Shown in pieces: positions 1 through 13,400 of a stretch of 64,000 nt of DNA. The notes under the pieces are model-generated. The model ran no database searches, was not told the DNA's origin, and worked only from the letters and a program-made list of their open reading frames with translations. The first letter of the stretch is position 1; every line of letters begins with the position of its first letter. Both the position numbers and the translations under genes were made by a program. The stretch is from Phoronis australis (taxonomy: Eukaryota > Animalia > Phoronida). The DNA is taken from contig NMRA01000688.1 in assembly GCA_002633005.1 (NCBI GenBank), positions 1 through 64,000 on the forward strand, read 5' to 3'.

Positions 1-573
1 AAAATGTAATGTGTGTGACCAACACACGTATACACACATTAAAGTACATGCTCACGATTAGCAGTAATATCATAAAACACCTTCTCATTTGAAATGAGCT
101 TTTCTCAAATAAATGACCTTCGAAAAAAGGACTAAAATTGAATACTTAATAAGGTATTTCCCAGACAATGCCACACTTGCAAATTCATTAATCGGTCTAT
201 CCTATATATATATAGGGTATACCACTAGCGTCATTCGCTTGAGTGGTCTATCCTATATATATACAGGATAGACCACTCAAGCGAATGACATCAGTGGTAT
301 ACCCTATATGTCCAAATTTATTTCCGTGCCATTTTAGTGTTTATTTTTCGCGGCCAAGGGGGACAAGACCCCTTCCCGGCAACATTAAGTCGGAGACCAA
401 TGGAGGTGGAACTCAGAAGAATCAGAAAATGCTGTCTTCAGTCAAACCCGTAGCGCTTATGACGATGAAGTCCAGTACGAACTGGTGTACACATAGGCGG
501 ATCCAAGGGGGTCAAGGGGTCCGGACTCCCTTTTTGCTTGATTTTAGTGAGATCAAATCTATAATTTTCAAAN

Positions 574-1145
574 TGGCGACGGGACAGTGCCGGGAATCAA
601 CACAGACGGAATGGCATCCTGCTTCGGGCGTTGTTTCGCAGGGACCTTCATCAGTTCAGCGTACAAATCCCTTTCGTAATCAGACGGCAGAAAGTGTTTG
701 TCACACACACGGTAATTCTCGACTGCTTTGTACGTTGCGTGGACGGGTAACGCTGCGTTCTTCACACGAACGAGCCAAGTACGGCGAAGTGTCACCCATC
801 GGAAAGCGATGCAAAGGTACTCCCAAAGCGCGCGTGAGACGATAATTAGTACATCCCGGTACGCAGCAACAGTGTGGCATGTTGAATGACTAGTAAATGA
901 CAGCAAACGACGACGGAACTTAACACAACCGAGGTAGAACAATGACTGAGTCGGCAGCTCTCACAGTCAGACTGTATGAAAAGAAATTGGCGCGAAATGC
1001 TTGCCTCCTAAAACGTCACTTCCGGAGTAACAGACGAGTAATTAACAAAAGTACGAAAAGCTGTAATTAAGTGGAAAATATGTCTAGGATAACTAACCAA
1101 CCTTATTTGAGCTCAAAATGACATGAAAAAAGGTTGCCTTCGCCT
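574..1145 (-). mobile_element. Kolobok-like element fragment with a frameshifted THAP domain (same family as 12313-13492)
   Basis: MPHCCCVPGC..HRFP / RRTWL..RVCDKHF..DAIPSV (THAP C2CH). Terminus GGTTGCCTTCGCCT followed by TTAA. Truncated at N573. Confidence 0.75.
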
Positions 1146-2132
1146 TTAAAAAGACGGAATATTCCAGTAGTACACTTCAATGTAATTTTCTTCTCGTTCA
1201 GAATATTTATCACAGCTTAGAAGAAAATGATACTCGTCTTTCACAATATTGAGGCAGAAGGGACACGCTCTGTTTGCCTTATTAGTAAATTCAAGTGCCT
1301 GCAACTTCAATCATGAGAATGAGGTTAGACCGACAAAAACATGCCATGGACACAGTTTGTGCACGGGGTTTACTCAAACTTTAATTTTTCCCATTTGAAT
1401 TCTTTTGTAATTTGAGTATAAAAATACGGGTTATGATTACTCTCAACACGCTGTCTCCATCCTTGCAAATAATAATCCCTTATTCAAAAATTAGCAGAAT
1501 AATATTTTCACACACAACGCTTTGATTTAACCAAACTTCTTGAAATCCATACTTTGACAATATCAGCCGATTTCATAAAGGTGGTTTAAGACTTAAACCT
1601 GGTCTTCCTACACCTGGTCTAATTTTAGACCCAATTTGCATTTCACCAACGTGGTTTAAAAGTCTGAAAGCCTGGTTTTGTTAGACCAGGGAGCCGGTTT
1701 AGTAAAACCTGGTTTAAAGTATCTAAGCGACCCTGCTGTGTCGATCTGGATTAACCCAACAAAGAAACTATGTGCTTCAATGAAACCTTGATCACGTGGG
1801 TATACAATGGCACACACTAGTAGAATCAGTGCAGACATTTGCGAAAAAGGTGTAAAAGCTTTTCTCATGAGGAAAAATGTAATGTGTGTGACCAACACAC
1901 GTATACACACATTAAAGTACATGCTCACGATTAGCAGTAATATCATAAATGTCCAAATTTATTTCCGTGCCATTTTAGTGTTTATTTTTCGCGGCCAAGG
2001 GGGACAAGACCCCTTCCCGGCAACATTAAGTCGGAGACCAATGGAGGTGGAACTCAGAAGAATCAGAAAATGCTGTCTTCAGTCAAACCCGTAGCGCTTA
2101 TGACGATGAAGTCCAGTACGAACTGGTCTACA

Positions 2133-2287
2133 CATAGGCGGATCCAAGGGGGTCAAGGGGTCCGGACTCCCTTTTTGCTTGATTTTAGTGAGATCAAATC
2201 TATAATTTTCAAATTGTTGACTTGGTCCCCCCTTTTAAAAAGTCCTTGACCGACCCCCTCATCTTAAAAATCGTGGATCCGCCCCTG
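2133..2287. mobile_element. Short hAT-like MITE
   Basis: CATAGGCGGATCCA...TGGATCCGCCCCTG TIRs; no clear TSD. Confidence 0.55.
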
Positions 2288-2526
2288 CTACGTTTGATCT
2301 AGTCGTCGTAAAACTGAATATTGAAAATAGTCCATTTTCGCTCTGAAACTGCGTCGTAAATGCACACCGCGGCCTCATTCAGTTGCACCTATATCATGCA
2401 ATTCTGTCATATATTTAACAGTTAAACCTAGGTCTGCCAAGTCCAAAGTTAAACCTGGTTTAAGATCTTAATACAGATCTAAAAAATATAGACTTCGTTG
2501 TTGAAATGAAAACTGACTTAGACCAG

Positions 2527-2930
2527 GGCCCAGTCTCGAATCTTTTTACTCGAAATGGAACTCGAAATAATGTTTGGCATTTTTTAATCTACTTTTGTGC
2601 GAACTCAAGATAAGTGTCCATTACTCAATACTCGAATATATAATGACTTACGTGGATGATTGATTAGTCACATTTTGCAGTTGACAAAACCAACATTAAA
2701 GCTAAAAGTTTGAGTTTAAGCTCGAAGTTTCGAGTTTTTACTCTAGTTTGTAGTATGCATATAAGGGTTTTTAAGTGCAAACTTGGACTAGAAACTCATA
2801 TGCATGAACTATAATTATTCGAGCACAATCTGATAACCACTTATCTTGAGTTGGCACAAAAGGAGCAGAGAAATTGCCAAAAATAATTTCCAGTCAGTTC
2901 GTTTTGAGTACGAAGATTAGAGACCGGGCC
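2527..2930. mobile_element. Harbinger-like MITE with a 3-bp CAG target duplication, nested in 1564-3063
   Basis: CAG|GGCCCAGTCTC...GAGACCGGGCC|CAG; removing it restores the host ACCAGGTCT repeat. Confidence 0.7.
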
Positions 2931-3849
2931 CAGGTCTAAATTGGAGTTAAACCACTGGTCTAAAAGTTAAGCCACCTTTATGAAATGCAGATTATCTTTA
3001 AGCCTGGTCTAAGTCCAGTCTAAACCAGGTTTAACTTTCAAACCACCTTTATGAAATCGGCTGTAATAGTCCAAGGCTCGATCTACATGTTGGGGACGAG
3101 GTGACGAGGTCTGGTGAACTACCCGGGTTGTGTGAAATTTCTGGGTCTAACGGAGACACTGACGCAGTGGTCAGCCAGCTTGCTGTATAAAGACTATAGC
3201 CAAAATCCAAATTCGTTTTATCGTGTCCCTGTCAATAATACTTCGGGAACATAACAATCACGTGTTTTGTACACATACGCGCACGCCGGAGATCACATCT
3301 CGGAAATTTCCGATTTGACGGATGACAATGAATGAGCACAATGAAATTAAACAACGTCGTTTTGCAGCTTTTAAGATTCATAATAAACGTATTTTGAATA
3401 TTGCAATGCATGTGTTCCAAAATCTAAATAACTTGGGTCCTATATTTTTGTATTCGTGCCCGCCAAATGGAAGTAATCGTGAGTGTTCCTGTGTTGCAAA
3501 ATCTCTTATCCTGGGCCGATTTGAAAAATTTAAAGTTGTACTCACATTTTTTTTTCGCTCCTCTTTTCAAATATTACAGTAAAAACTACGTAAAACTCTT
3601 TCCATAAAAAGTACAGTCTGCTAAGCTAGATTGTAATCAGCTGATCACATCCGCATGAGCGAAGCCAATTATCCTCGTTCGTGACTCGATGAATAGAGCA
3701 GCTTGGCGGGATCCCTTTGATCGTGAGCCGAGCGCGACTCGGCCAAAGATGGATAAGCCTCACTCTGCCAAATCCCACCTTTTACCCTGATAGGCGAGGT
3801 TTGCCGGGGTGTGGGAATGTTTATAGCATGGAAACACGTGGCCAAAAAC

Positions 3850-4408
3850 CAGTGGCGGATCTAGGATATCACAAGGGGGGGCCCAACATCTTGTCCGGCT
3901 GTAAGCATTTGCGCAAACCACGATTGTAGATGCGCAAACCCCCCTCCCGCCCAGGAAATTTTTCTGTTTTTTCCTCTAAAAATCAAGCATTTTCCTTGAT
4001 TTCTGATGTATTAAAAGGAAAAAAAACAGGAAAAATTGCGACATTAACAGGCTCGAACTCAGGACCTGGCTGAAAGGAAGCGCGTGCTTTGCCACTACAC
4101 CACCACGATTTCACTGATAAAGTTACACTAAGAGACCTACTTCTTTATGGTCCACAGCGTTTGCGCGCGAAACCTACTTCTTTTTGTTATGCGTATTACA
4201 CGTTTTATATTTTGTGCAATCGGTTCTTAACAAATTTGTTGTATTTAAAATAGTCTTTATTTTTTTTTGCGCCAGCCAAGGGGGGGGGGNNNNNNNNNNN
4301 NNNNNNNNNNNNNNNNNNNNNNNNNNNNNNNNNNNNNNNNNNNNNNNNNNNNNNNNNNNNNNNNNNNNNNNNNNNNNNNNNNNNNNCTCCCCCCCAAATC
4401 CGCCTATG
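3850..4408. mobile_element. MITE (CAGTGGCGGAT...ATCCGCCTATG) spanning the N-gap
   Basis: Imperfect TIRs; AAAAAC direct repeat on both flanks. Confidence 0.55.
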
Positions 4409-4860
4409 AAAAACCGTGACTAATAGGCTACTCCGCGGCCCAGAGAAAATGTGACGGGCCTTAAACTCATGTTTGTAGCCTCATATTCCGGCAAGGTCGT
4501 TGCATTTTAGTGTCCCCAGGAAATTATTTTTGCCTGTTATGCCATGTAATTTTTGGGTTAGGATTTGTTTTCATTTTTCTCTCGCACTGCTCTAGCCCAG
4601 CTCGGAGGCTACCTACATGTCATATACCTCCGTCACTAATTAGCAATGATTTTGATGCCGTGGACCACTTACTTAACCGTTTGGCGTTATAAAATTGGTC
4701 TCGAAATTCCTAAGAAGTAACTAGCAGTTTCTTTAGCTGCTCCAGACTATTCACACGAGTAAGCTCACGGTCAAACCTTATCGTTTTTGTGCCCGAGTGT
4801 GTCTCGAATGTTATACGTAACTTAGCTACTTGTCGTTTGTATGTAACTGTCATTGTCCAG

Positions 4861-5018
4861 CAGATGGCGAAAGAATCACTACCGACAGATGGCGCGAATC
4901 TTGCTAAAACGGAAAATGGCGAAAGCATGTTTATTGTTGGTAGTGTTTTCGAGCGTTATGTTGTAGGAGATTGAAGGAATGTTTTTCTATAATTTTATGC
5001 TCCCTCTAACTATAAAAG
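4861..5018 (+). promoter_or_regulatory. Candidate IGHMBP2 promoter / non-coding first exon
   Basis: Clustered YY1-like motifs (AGATGGCG twice, AAAATGGCG) followed by an AAG|GTGAAT donor. An acceptor at 7207 precedes the ATG. Confidence 0.35.
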
Positions 5019-7239
5019 GTGAATTGATATGATAGTTCTTAAATTTCTGGAATAGAATTTCATTTAAAAGGAGATGACATGACAAATAAACTGACCAAAA
5101 GGCGAAAAGCTATTACCAGACGATACATGCTGTCTACTCACTGTCTAGCTCAGGCCTAAGAGTAGGACTACGACTTGGCTGGTAATAGATTGGTAGAAGA
5201 TAGTTCGTTGGCATTGGCGGTACCTGATTTAGTGAAAAATTGCAGCAACTAATTACGGGACCCATTGTTCAACGAATGCATGTTCTCTCTAAATCTTACA
5301 CTGCCAGTATATATCTGAACTGTAAAACTTTTGTGTAAGTCAAGTTGCCTAGGCCCTGAGGGCCTCTCTTTCATAGCTGCCGTCTTGCCTGAACCAGTTT
5401 TCACTGAATAATGACTTTTGTTGTCATACAGGGAAAGCTGCTTCCCATTTTCAAAAGGGTTCTTTTACTTCATACTTAAATTCTACATCTCTGAGTGCCC
5501 GACCAGCACACTGATGGGATTAGCGTTGGCGCGAAGCTGTGTATTAAACATGCAGCTTTGAGCCGATGTGGGTAAAAAACTGACCAGATCCAAACTGACA
5601 TGAAATTAGTGTCATTAAAAACTTCACTCTTCCTTGAGTAAACTAAAATATTTACCAGCGTTGGAAAATTGGCGTTCTACCGTTATTTCACTGCTAAAGT
5701 TGTGGAGCGATCTTTTGCGTCGTCTTCAGGCTCCATGAAATATGCTATGTCACCTATTAGTCAGTTTCTCTTTTCCTACTATTCTTCGAGGTTGCATACA
5801 TGTCACAACATATTATTGGAACTGGTTTCATGTCGTCTAAATTTTTAGTATTTTATATCAGTAAGCTGAATTTCCGAACAAACTTTGCTGCTGCAAAGCT
5901 GTCATCATCTCCCGAGAGATGTTGCAAAGAATTTAGCAAATGGCGCATATGCGTATCACGAGCGTACCGTTTTCAAAATGATGTCAGACTTTTCTTTGTT
6001 GCAAAAAGCGGAGAATTGCGCTAGAAAATGACGTTTATTAGATCGTTTTTCACTTAAACTGCTCTAACGAGCAAGGGGAGTGTCAGTTAACTCCCAGATT
6101 TGGCATACATCCCCGCCGGTCTAGCACAACTATCTGGGCTGTGTACAATTTCGAGGTCTGTCTGAGCTGAACACACAGTGGTATCTTGCTAGGTATATTT
6201 TGTCGATAGTCTTCATACAGCTAGCTGGCTGGCTATGATCAGATATAGTGGTCTCTGATTTAGAGAAACAGGCAACCACTGAATAACAAGCCCATCATTT
6301 AGTCAGATGAAACTGGTTCTCTAAATAGGATACTCGTGCCCATACACCCCACTGAGAATTGGGGTCCACCTTAGCAAGTCGAATTTAATTCCTATTACCA
6401 TATACCTGTACTTTTACAATTACTTCTGTAATTAATACTCTTACTAAAAAACTAGTTTTTGCTGTAAATGAATATTTGTCAGTTGTCGTTAAAGTGCTCA
6501 AGAGAGGTTGTCATCTAATAGCAAACCTGACAAACCTACGATTTTAGTATTGTCAGCAGGTTTGTGGTTAGCTCAAATTACAGCGAAGACATGTGGGATG
6601 AGAGAGATTCAGTGGAAACACATGCTCTATGAACACAGCAGTTCGATGCACAACAATCAGTTTTCCTGAAATCTCCCAAAAGGGCAAATTTGATGGCAAC
6701 TATTGTGAATCAGTCCAGTGGCAACAAGAAGCACTCATGTAAGACAAGATGGGCAGAGCGACAGTGTTTTTTGCTGTTTCCAGTAGATTACCGTATGACT
6801 GGCAGCACCAAAAAGGAGTGCGGCGGGCCGCCCAGATTTATATGGGCAGGAGAAACACTGCCAGTGTATTGGATTTAGTGTTGCATATGCTACATAGATT
6901 CAAGCACATTGATGAATGTACCATCCAGGAACTGTGATCACCAAACTTTTTGAGACTCAAAAATTGACCAATCGAATCACATGTGATTTTCAAGTTTAAC
7001 AGAAGCTTGCCACACAATTTTTCAATTTTTGATTCCAGTCTCAAGTAAAAGTTGGTGGTTACAGTCACAATGGTTATAACTACTCTGAAAAGCGATGTAT
7101 GTCTCACAGTTATTATTGGTACAGGGGTACAAAATAATAAAGCACCTAAGATGCACAAAACACCAAGAAAGGAAAAGTTTACTTGCCATGCTCAATATTC
7201 TATTCAGGCAACTGAAACTGGACGTCTGAAGCTGTAACC

Positions 7240-7403
7240 ATGGCAACTGGTCTTGCTCAAGAGGAAGAAGTCTCGAAAATCCCCAGTTCTGCCAAAAATG
7301 GAGGATTAAGAGCCAACCTTGTTCATTGCTCTAAGGACACCTTTGTGTGCAAGATGGTATCACTTCTGAAGCTGGAGCGGGATGAGGAAATAAGCCAAAC
7401 CAA
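7240..7403 (+). CDS. IGHMBP2: IGHMBP2 coding exon 1 (MATGLAQ...[20 protein letters not shown])
   Basis: ACCATGG start context, LLxLERxxE motif, donor AA|GTGAG in phase 2. Confidence 0.8.
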
Positions 7404-10400
7404 GTGAGATCATTAGTGGGATATCTTAATGCTGTGTGTCTTGTTGTATGTCCTTCACTAACCTTTGAGTGTTAGATTGTTCTTCCATCACAACTCTACC
7501 CTTCTCATTAAGTCTTATCAAGTTGGTGCAATGACAACTTTTATGAATGGGAACAAATATTTGAAAAGAAAACATACCCCAGTGAGGCTGTCATAGTGTC
7601 TGGGTGCAAGTCTTGGATGACTATTTTAGGGCCTAATATTGATCTCCTATGTGCCAGATATAAGTTGTGATCATATTATCCGACTTATTATTTAAAAGTT
7701 TTAGGTAAAGAAGAAATCCTGATTCCTGTGCATTCACAACAGGACACTCTATCGTGTCATCTGAGAATTTTTTTTCTCAGATGTGGTGAGGATTTTTGTA
7801 GTTAACAATTTATCCTGTGAATATGAGGGTCTGTGATTCTGATGTTGAGAGGATGTGGGCCTGATGAGGGGTATTTTGTGTGATTTTTAAGCATTTTTCA
7901 CAGGGGAATGATGCCAAATATCGCTCCCAAAGTCATGACATTGAGAGCCCTGTGCAAATGTTAACTGATTTTTTCCTAGGCTGTTGCTTGAAAATGTGCA
8001 TGCCAAAGAATTGGAACGCAAGGGAGTATGCTTACTCAAGCTGCGCCTATCCAGTCGTCATACAGGACTCTACGGTCGTTCTGTGTTGGTATTTGAACCA
8101 TTCTGGCAAGGCAAGGAACTGCCTTCTCACAGTCTAACACCAGGTAGTCCCGAAAATACAAGACTGTTGTCACTGTTGCCCAAGTTTTTCAATTGTAAAT
8201 TTTGGTCAAAGAGTGTTTCAATATTATGTCTTAACGTAGATATTGTTTTCTCACAACAAACTTGTGTTTTTAAGTGGACAACTAGAAAATGTTTTTAAAA
8301 ATTTTGTTGTAAATTGACTGTCTCAAAATAACTACAAACAGTAATCCTCAAGTTTAAATGAAAATAACTGATGAAATTACGTCATTTCCATATTTCTAAT
8401 GCTGTTTGCATTGTTAAAATGCTGAAAAAAATTGCCAAACTTTGTTTTATGAAAGCTGCACAGTTGTCAACATTTCCTTGGAGATTTTTTTGAGAAATTT
8501 GTCAAAATAAAGTTCCATTATTTGCCATTTTGTGGCGTAGAATGGTTCCATGTAAACCGCGTTAAGTATTATGTAGTTGGATATGTAAGTGCTGCTAAGG
8601 GTTTCCTATTAACCTTCTTGATAATGAATGACCACGTGATTGCTATCCTATTGTTTTCGCACATTTTCTGATTTTAGGAGACATCGTTGGACTCTGTTTG
8701 TCGCAATCAGAGGGCGCTCAGGATCAGCTGTCCTCAGGTCTTGTGTCGCGTGTCAACCAAACATCTGTCAGTGTCGCATTCGATGAGTCCTACGACAGTC
8801 TAGACCTTGACGAGGACACACAGTATAAGCTGACAAAACTGGCCAATGATGTGACGTATAAAAGAATCAAGAGGTGCGAGTGTTGTTAAATATTATCCAT
8901 TTCTGTAGCTGTAAATCTGTTAATTTCTTTTTCTGTGGTGACACATCTATTATGTTAGTTTTCTTTGGGAAACTTGGCCATAGATTTTGTAAGAAATCAT
9001 ATGTAAACCTGCCTTTCTAAGTAACATGTGTATTAGGTTTTTGCCCTGTGTTCCATTGATGAATTTTGAAGATCATGCGTATTGCCAGTTGCAAGTTATA
9101 CAATGCTTGTTACACATTCCAAAGTCCCTCCCCCTGTTGGGTAAATACCACCAGACAAGAAGCAATAATCACTCCCCCTGTTGGGTAAATACCACCAGAC
9201 AAGAAGCAATAATCAGCAGATTTAAGATGGTGACGTAATGCACACAACAACATAATAGAATACAGACAGTTCATTGGCTTAGCTTTCTATTTGTCAAGCT
9301 GCCCCAAACACTATGACCACACTCTGTAAATACTATGAAGTCAAAAATGTGGACACACTCCAAAACATGGTGAGCCCTACCAGTAATTGACCTATCGCAA
9401 GCTCCGCCCCTTGTGCAATGTCGACAAACAATAAGTTTTACCCGGCGATGTGTTGTTTGTCGGGTGAAATGGCGACTTGGAAATGAAGGTGTGTCAAGAA
9501 TGATGCGTTCTGATTGGTCAGTTAAGCCGTCACTCAAAATCCTGGCGATAGGTTAAGTCTTATGGTCGGTCTACTTAAAGAATGCAGCTAAACCTATTGT
9601 GACACTTAATTAATGTATATTACGTAACGTGTGCAGTCACTGAATGTTTTCCTTACTGTGAGCTCTGAAAATCAAAAATTATGTTCAAGTTGTCACTGAC
9701 ATTATCAACAGGGCCTTAGACAAGCTGTCAGCCTACATATCTGGACCGTCGTCGTTACTGATTGACGTGATGTTTGGTGAGGCTACCCCGAGTCCTCCGA
9801 TGATGATCGGTCAAGGTAACTACTGCTACAAATCTGTGTGCCTTATGCAAAACGCGCATGTTTGTATGTAAATTTAACTGAGTATGCAGTACACATTGAC
9901 TGTAATCAAGGCTAATATCAAAACACATAGGTTTTTTGTTATCTCAATTCCAAACTCGACGCAAATTTCTAGAGTTCAATATCACTAGTCATCACTGTCT
10001 TTTCTCTAGCCTTAACATCTCCACTGGAGGTATTTATATATGTTTCAAAAATGTACACTCAACGTTTCAAGTGTGACCTACTTTTTGACACTTTGTAGGG
10101 CCTAAACGTGAAAACCGCGAATCGTACTTGAAGTGCCCAGGAAGTGGGCGCTATCTACCTGTCATCTTAGACATTACTCTTTGGGAACTATCCATGGAAC
10201 TACGGGTAGCATATCGGCAAGAAATAAATATTGACACTAATTTCATAAAGTTTCTAATGCAGTAAAAAACTGTTGCATCATTTTTAAGAGGGTGTACTTT
10301 TTATTAATCACTTTTTAATGTATCCATAATTTATGTTTTTAAAGTAAAATACCTGATAAGATGCCCCACTGATAGTGGACACCTCCGCACCCGAATCTCC

Positions 10401-13400
10401 CAGAAAATAACTGTCAGACTGCCGCACATCTAGTCACTCAGCGACTCAATGACATTTGGCCTTTGGCCCTACTGAGACAAGTCTCGCATGTTTTAATAGT
10501 AGATTTGATCAGCAAGTGCTACATAAAACACGTTCTGTGATAGTGCTTGTGTTATTTCTTTAGTTACAATGCACACCTATATCATTACGTTGCATTTACT
10601 CCGGCAAATGATCGCTGATGACGCGCACACGCTCGCTCATTAACACATGCAGACAATCTTCAACAAAAACGTCACGTGACATTGACGTGTGTTCGTCGAG
10701 AAATTTTTATCATGTTGCAGGATACGATCTTTAATACGCAGATTTGAACCTGTCCTGTTCATAATACCAACTCCACAGGAACTTAATCTTAGGGATGCTA
10801 TTTGGAAAACAGGTAATATGTTGAGTCGATACTATGTTTTTATTCAAGCTATCATGTCGCGAGGCAGTGGCGCATTGGCGAGTTTTTGCGCTAGGATTTC
10901 AGTACAATTTTCCGTAAAATGATCGTAATTTAACAATAAAGTTTGATAGCAATGAATCACAGTTTTGTATATAGTCTGTCATAGGCTACAGGTACATCAC
11001 ATAGTGTAAATAGCTTCCGATTTCACCCATTTCGTAGACCGGGTTCCAACCACCTTGACCTTACAATTAGGGCCCACTCCCCGAAATAAATTTTTCTAAG
11101 CGCCTCGGGCGCCTTATTATGGCGAATACGGTACTGTTAATTGCCTCTTCTTAGTAAAGCGATTTATATTTAATGTTGGTAAAATCAGGCTCTGATTTGA
11201 TGCTGAGGGCTGAAGTACCAAGCCAACCAAGGTTTTAAACCTGGCGCGGCAATTTTTAAACTTGACGCGCTTTCCCCAAACTCGTGGCAAAATCCAAACT
11301 CGTTACCACAACGAGTCAAATCATGTCATGGAGAACACTGTATCTAATGTGTGCTTACGTACCTAAGACTGACTGTAAAGTTGTTGTCTTTTTAAAAAAT
11401 GAGCATGTTCAGTCGGTTTGATTGTTGAACCTGTGGGATTATTGCAGACATTGTTTTCATCAACACTAGACTTGACGAGTCACAGAAGGATGCTGTGAGG
11501 TTTGCTATTGATCAGAAGGAACTAGCCATAATACACGGACCTCCGGGCACCGGTAAAACTACCACTGTTGTGGAGATCATCATACAAGCCATAAAACAGG
11601 GCTTGAAGGTACAGTATGATGGTTCAAGCTGACATTGCTCAGCCACCTCCTTGACATTTTCTAATGAATGGCATTGATTTTTGGTTCTTGAATAAAATGT
11701 TGAGTTTTTTCAATTTCAGTCTTGGGTGACTTTACTTGTCAAGAATATCGTCTAATTGCACAGAATTCTTCATAGTTCTCTCACATTGTTTACATTTTTT
11801 ACTCAACTTCAATGGTTCTGTTTGCTCTTGTCTTCATCTGAGTTACCCCTCAATGTAGACATATGTTAGATAATTATTTTATTCCATTAAGTATAAACTT
11901 AAAGTCCTATGTAGACGTGCCAACTTTGAATCATTCACTGTCTGAACTCCATCTGTGTTCTATCACAGGTCTTGGTATGTGCGCCCTCCAACATCGCTGT
12001 TGATAACCTAGTGGAACGGTTGGCCAGCTACAAAAAGAAAGTGGTGCGGTTGGGCCACCCTGCCCGACTCCTAGCCCACATACAGCGTCACTCCTTGGAT
12101 GCCATCATCTCTGCCAGTGACGAGACTAAGCTTGTAGAAGATGTACGACGTGACCTTGACCGGACGCTGGTAGGTGTCTGGTGGCTATAATTGGAAGCCA
12201 CTCATTTATAATTGGAAGCCACTCATTTATAATTGGAAGCCACTCATTTAACTGTTGTCACAGTGCATGAATAGTGTTCGGTTTGCTTGTCACTGACTAC
12301 CACACTTCTTAAAGGCGAAGGCAACCTTTTGTCATGTCATTTTTAGCAAAAATAAGGTTTGTTGATTATCCCAGACATATTTTTCACTTATTTACTGCTT
12401 TTTGTAATTCAATTAATTACTCGTCTACTCCGGAAGTGACGTTTTGGGAGGTAAGAATTTCGCGCCAATTTCTTTTCATATAGTTTGACTGTGAGAGCAG
12501 TCGAGTCAGTCATTGTTCTGCGTCTGTTGTGATAAGTTCGGTCGTCGTTTGCTTTAATTTGCTTAGGAGTCGGTCAACATGCCACGCTGTTGCTGCATAC
12601 TGGGGTATACAGAGGAAGAACTGTCCCACTTGCCCGAGTGTCCCACGACACACTCCAACTGGAGGGTGATCTGAGCACCCAAAATGCTTACATCCCGCCG
12701 TGTGACTCCCTCGCCACACACCTGGCACCATCTAAATAGCTCCAATACAAGTTCACGATAAACTTATCAAACTTAGACTCACCGATCTGTTCATTGGATG
12801 ACGAACTGTCCTCTTCACTGGGTGTCGAACTGGGCCTGTATTCACTCCCTCTACTCAACATCGCTGCAGGGCTGCTTACAGGCTCTGGGATAGAGACAAC
12901 AGTACAGGGCGAATCACTGCTAGTTCCCGGAATTGCACGCAATGGGGTACGTTCGGAGGCACTGTATATAGAGGCCACAGCTGGCAAGGCTTCTCGCTTC
13001 AAAAACGCACTTCTTGGGCTTGGTGACGGGGCACTGCCGAGAATCAACAGCGACGATATGGTACCCTTCTTCAGGCGTTGTTTCGCAGGGACCTTCATCA
13101 ATTCAGCGTACATATCTCTGTCGTAATCTGACGGCAGAAAATGCTTGCCACGTGTCATCCTTCGGAAAGCGATGCAAGGTACCCAAAGCACGTGTGAGGC
13201 GATAATGAGTACATCCCAGCACGCAGCAACAGCGTGGCATGTTGACTGACTTGTAAACAAAAGCAAACGACGACCGAACTTATCACAACCGAGGTTGAAC
13301 AATGACTCATAGTCAGACTATAGTGAAAAGAAATTGGCGCGAAACTATTGCCTCCCAAAACGTCACTTCCGTAGTAGAGGACGAGAAATTAATCAAATTA

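Larger units (their letters stand above)
1564..3063. mobile_element. TIR element (Harbinger-like MITE) with AAACCTGGT subterminal repeats and nested inserts
   Basis: CAGCCGATTTCATAAAGGTGGTTT and its exact reverse complement at the two ends. Confidence 0.7.

Noticed and set aside
1-572. Segmental duplication of 1874-2213
   Set aside because: It ends exactly at a single N and is near-identical outside one indel, so a haplotype or assembly overlap is more likely.
12688-13302. 204-aa ORF as a host THAP gene
   Set aside because: It lies inside a TIR/TTAA element, and the THAP motif is split by a frameshift and a deletion.
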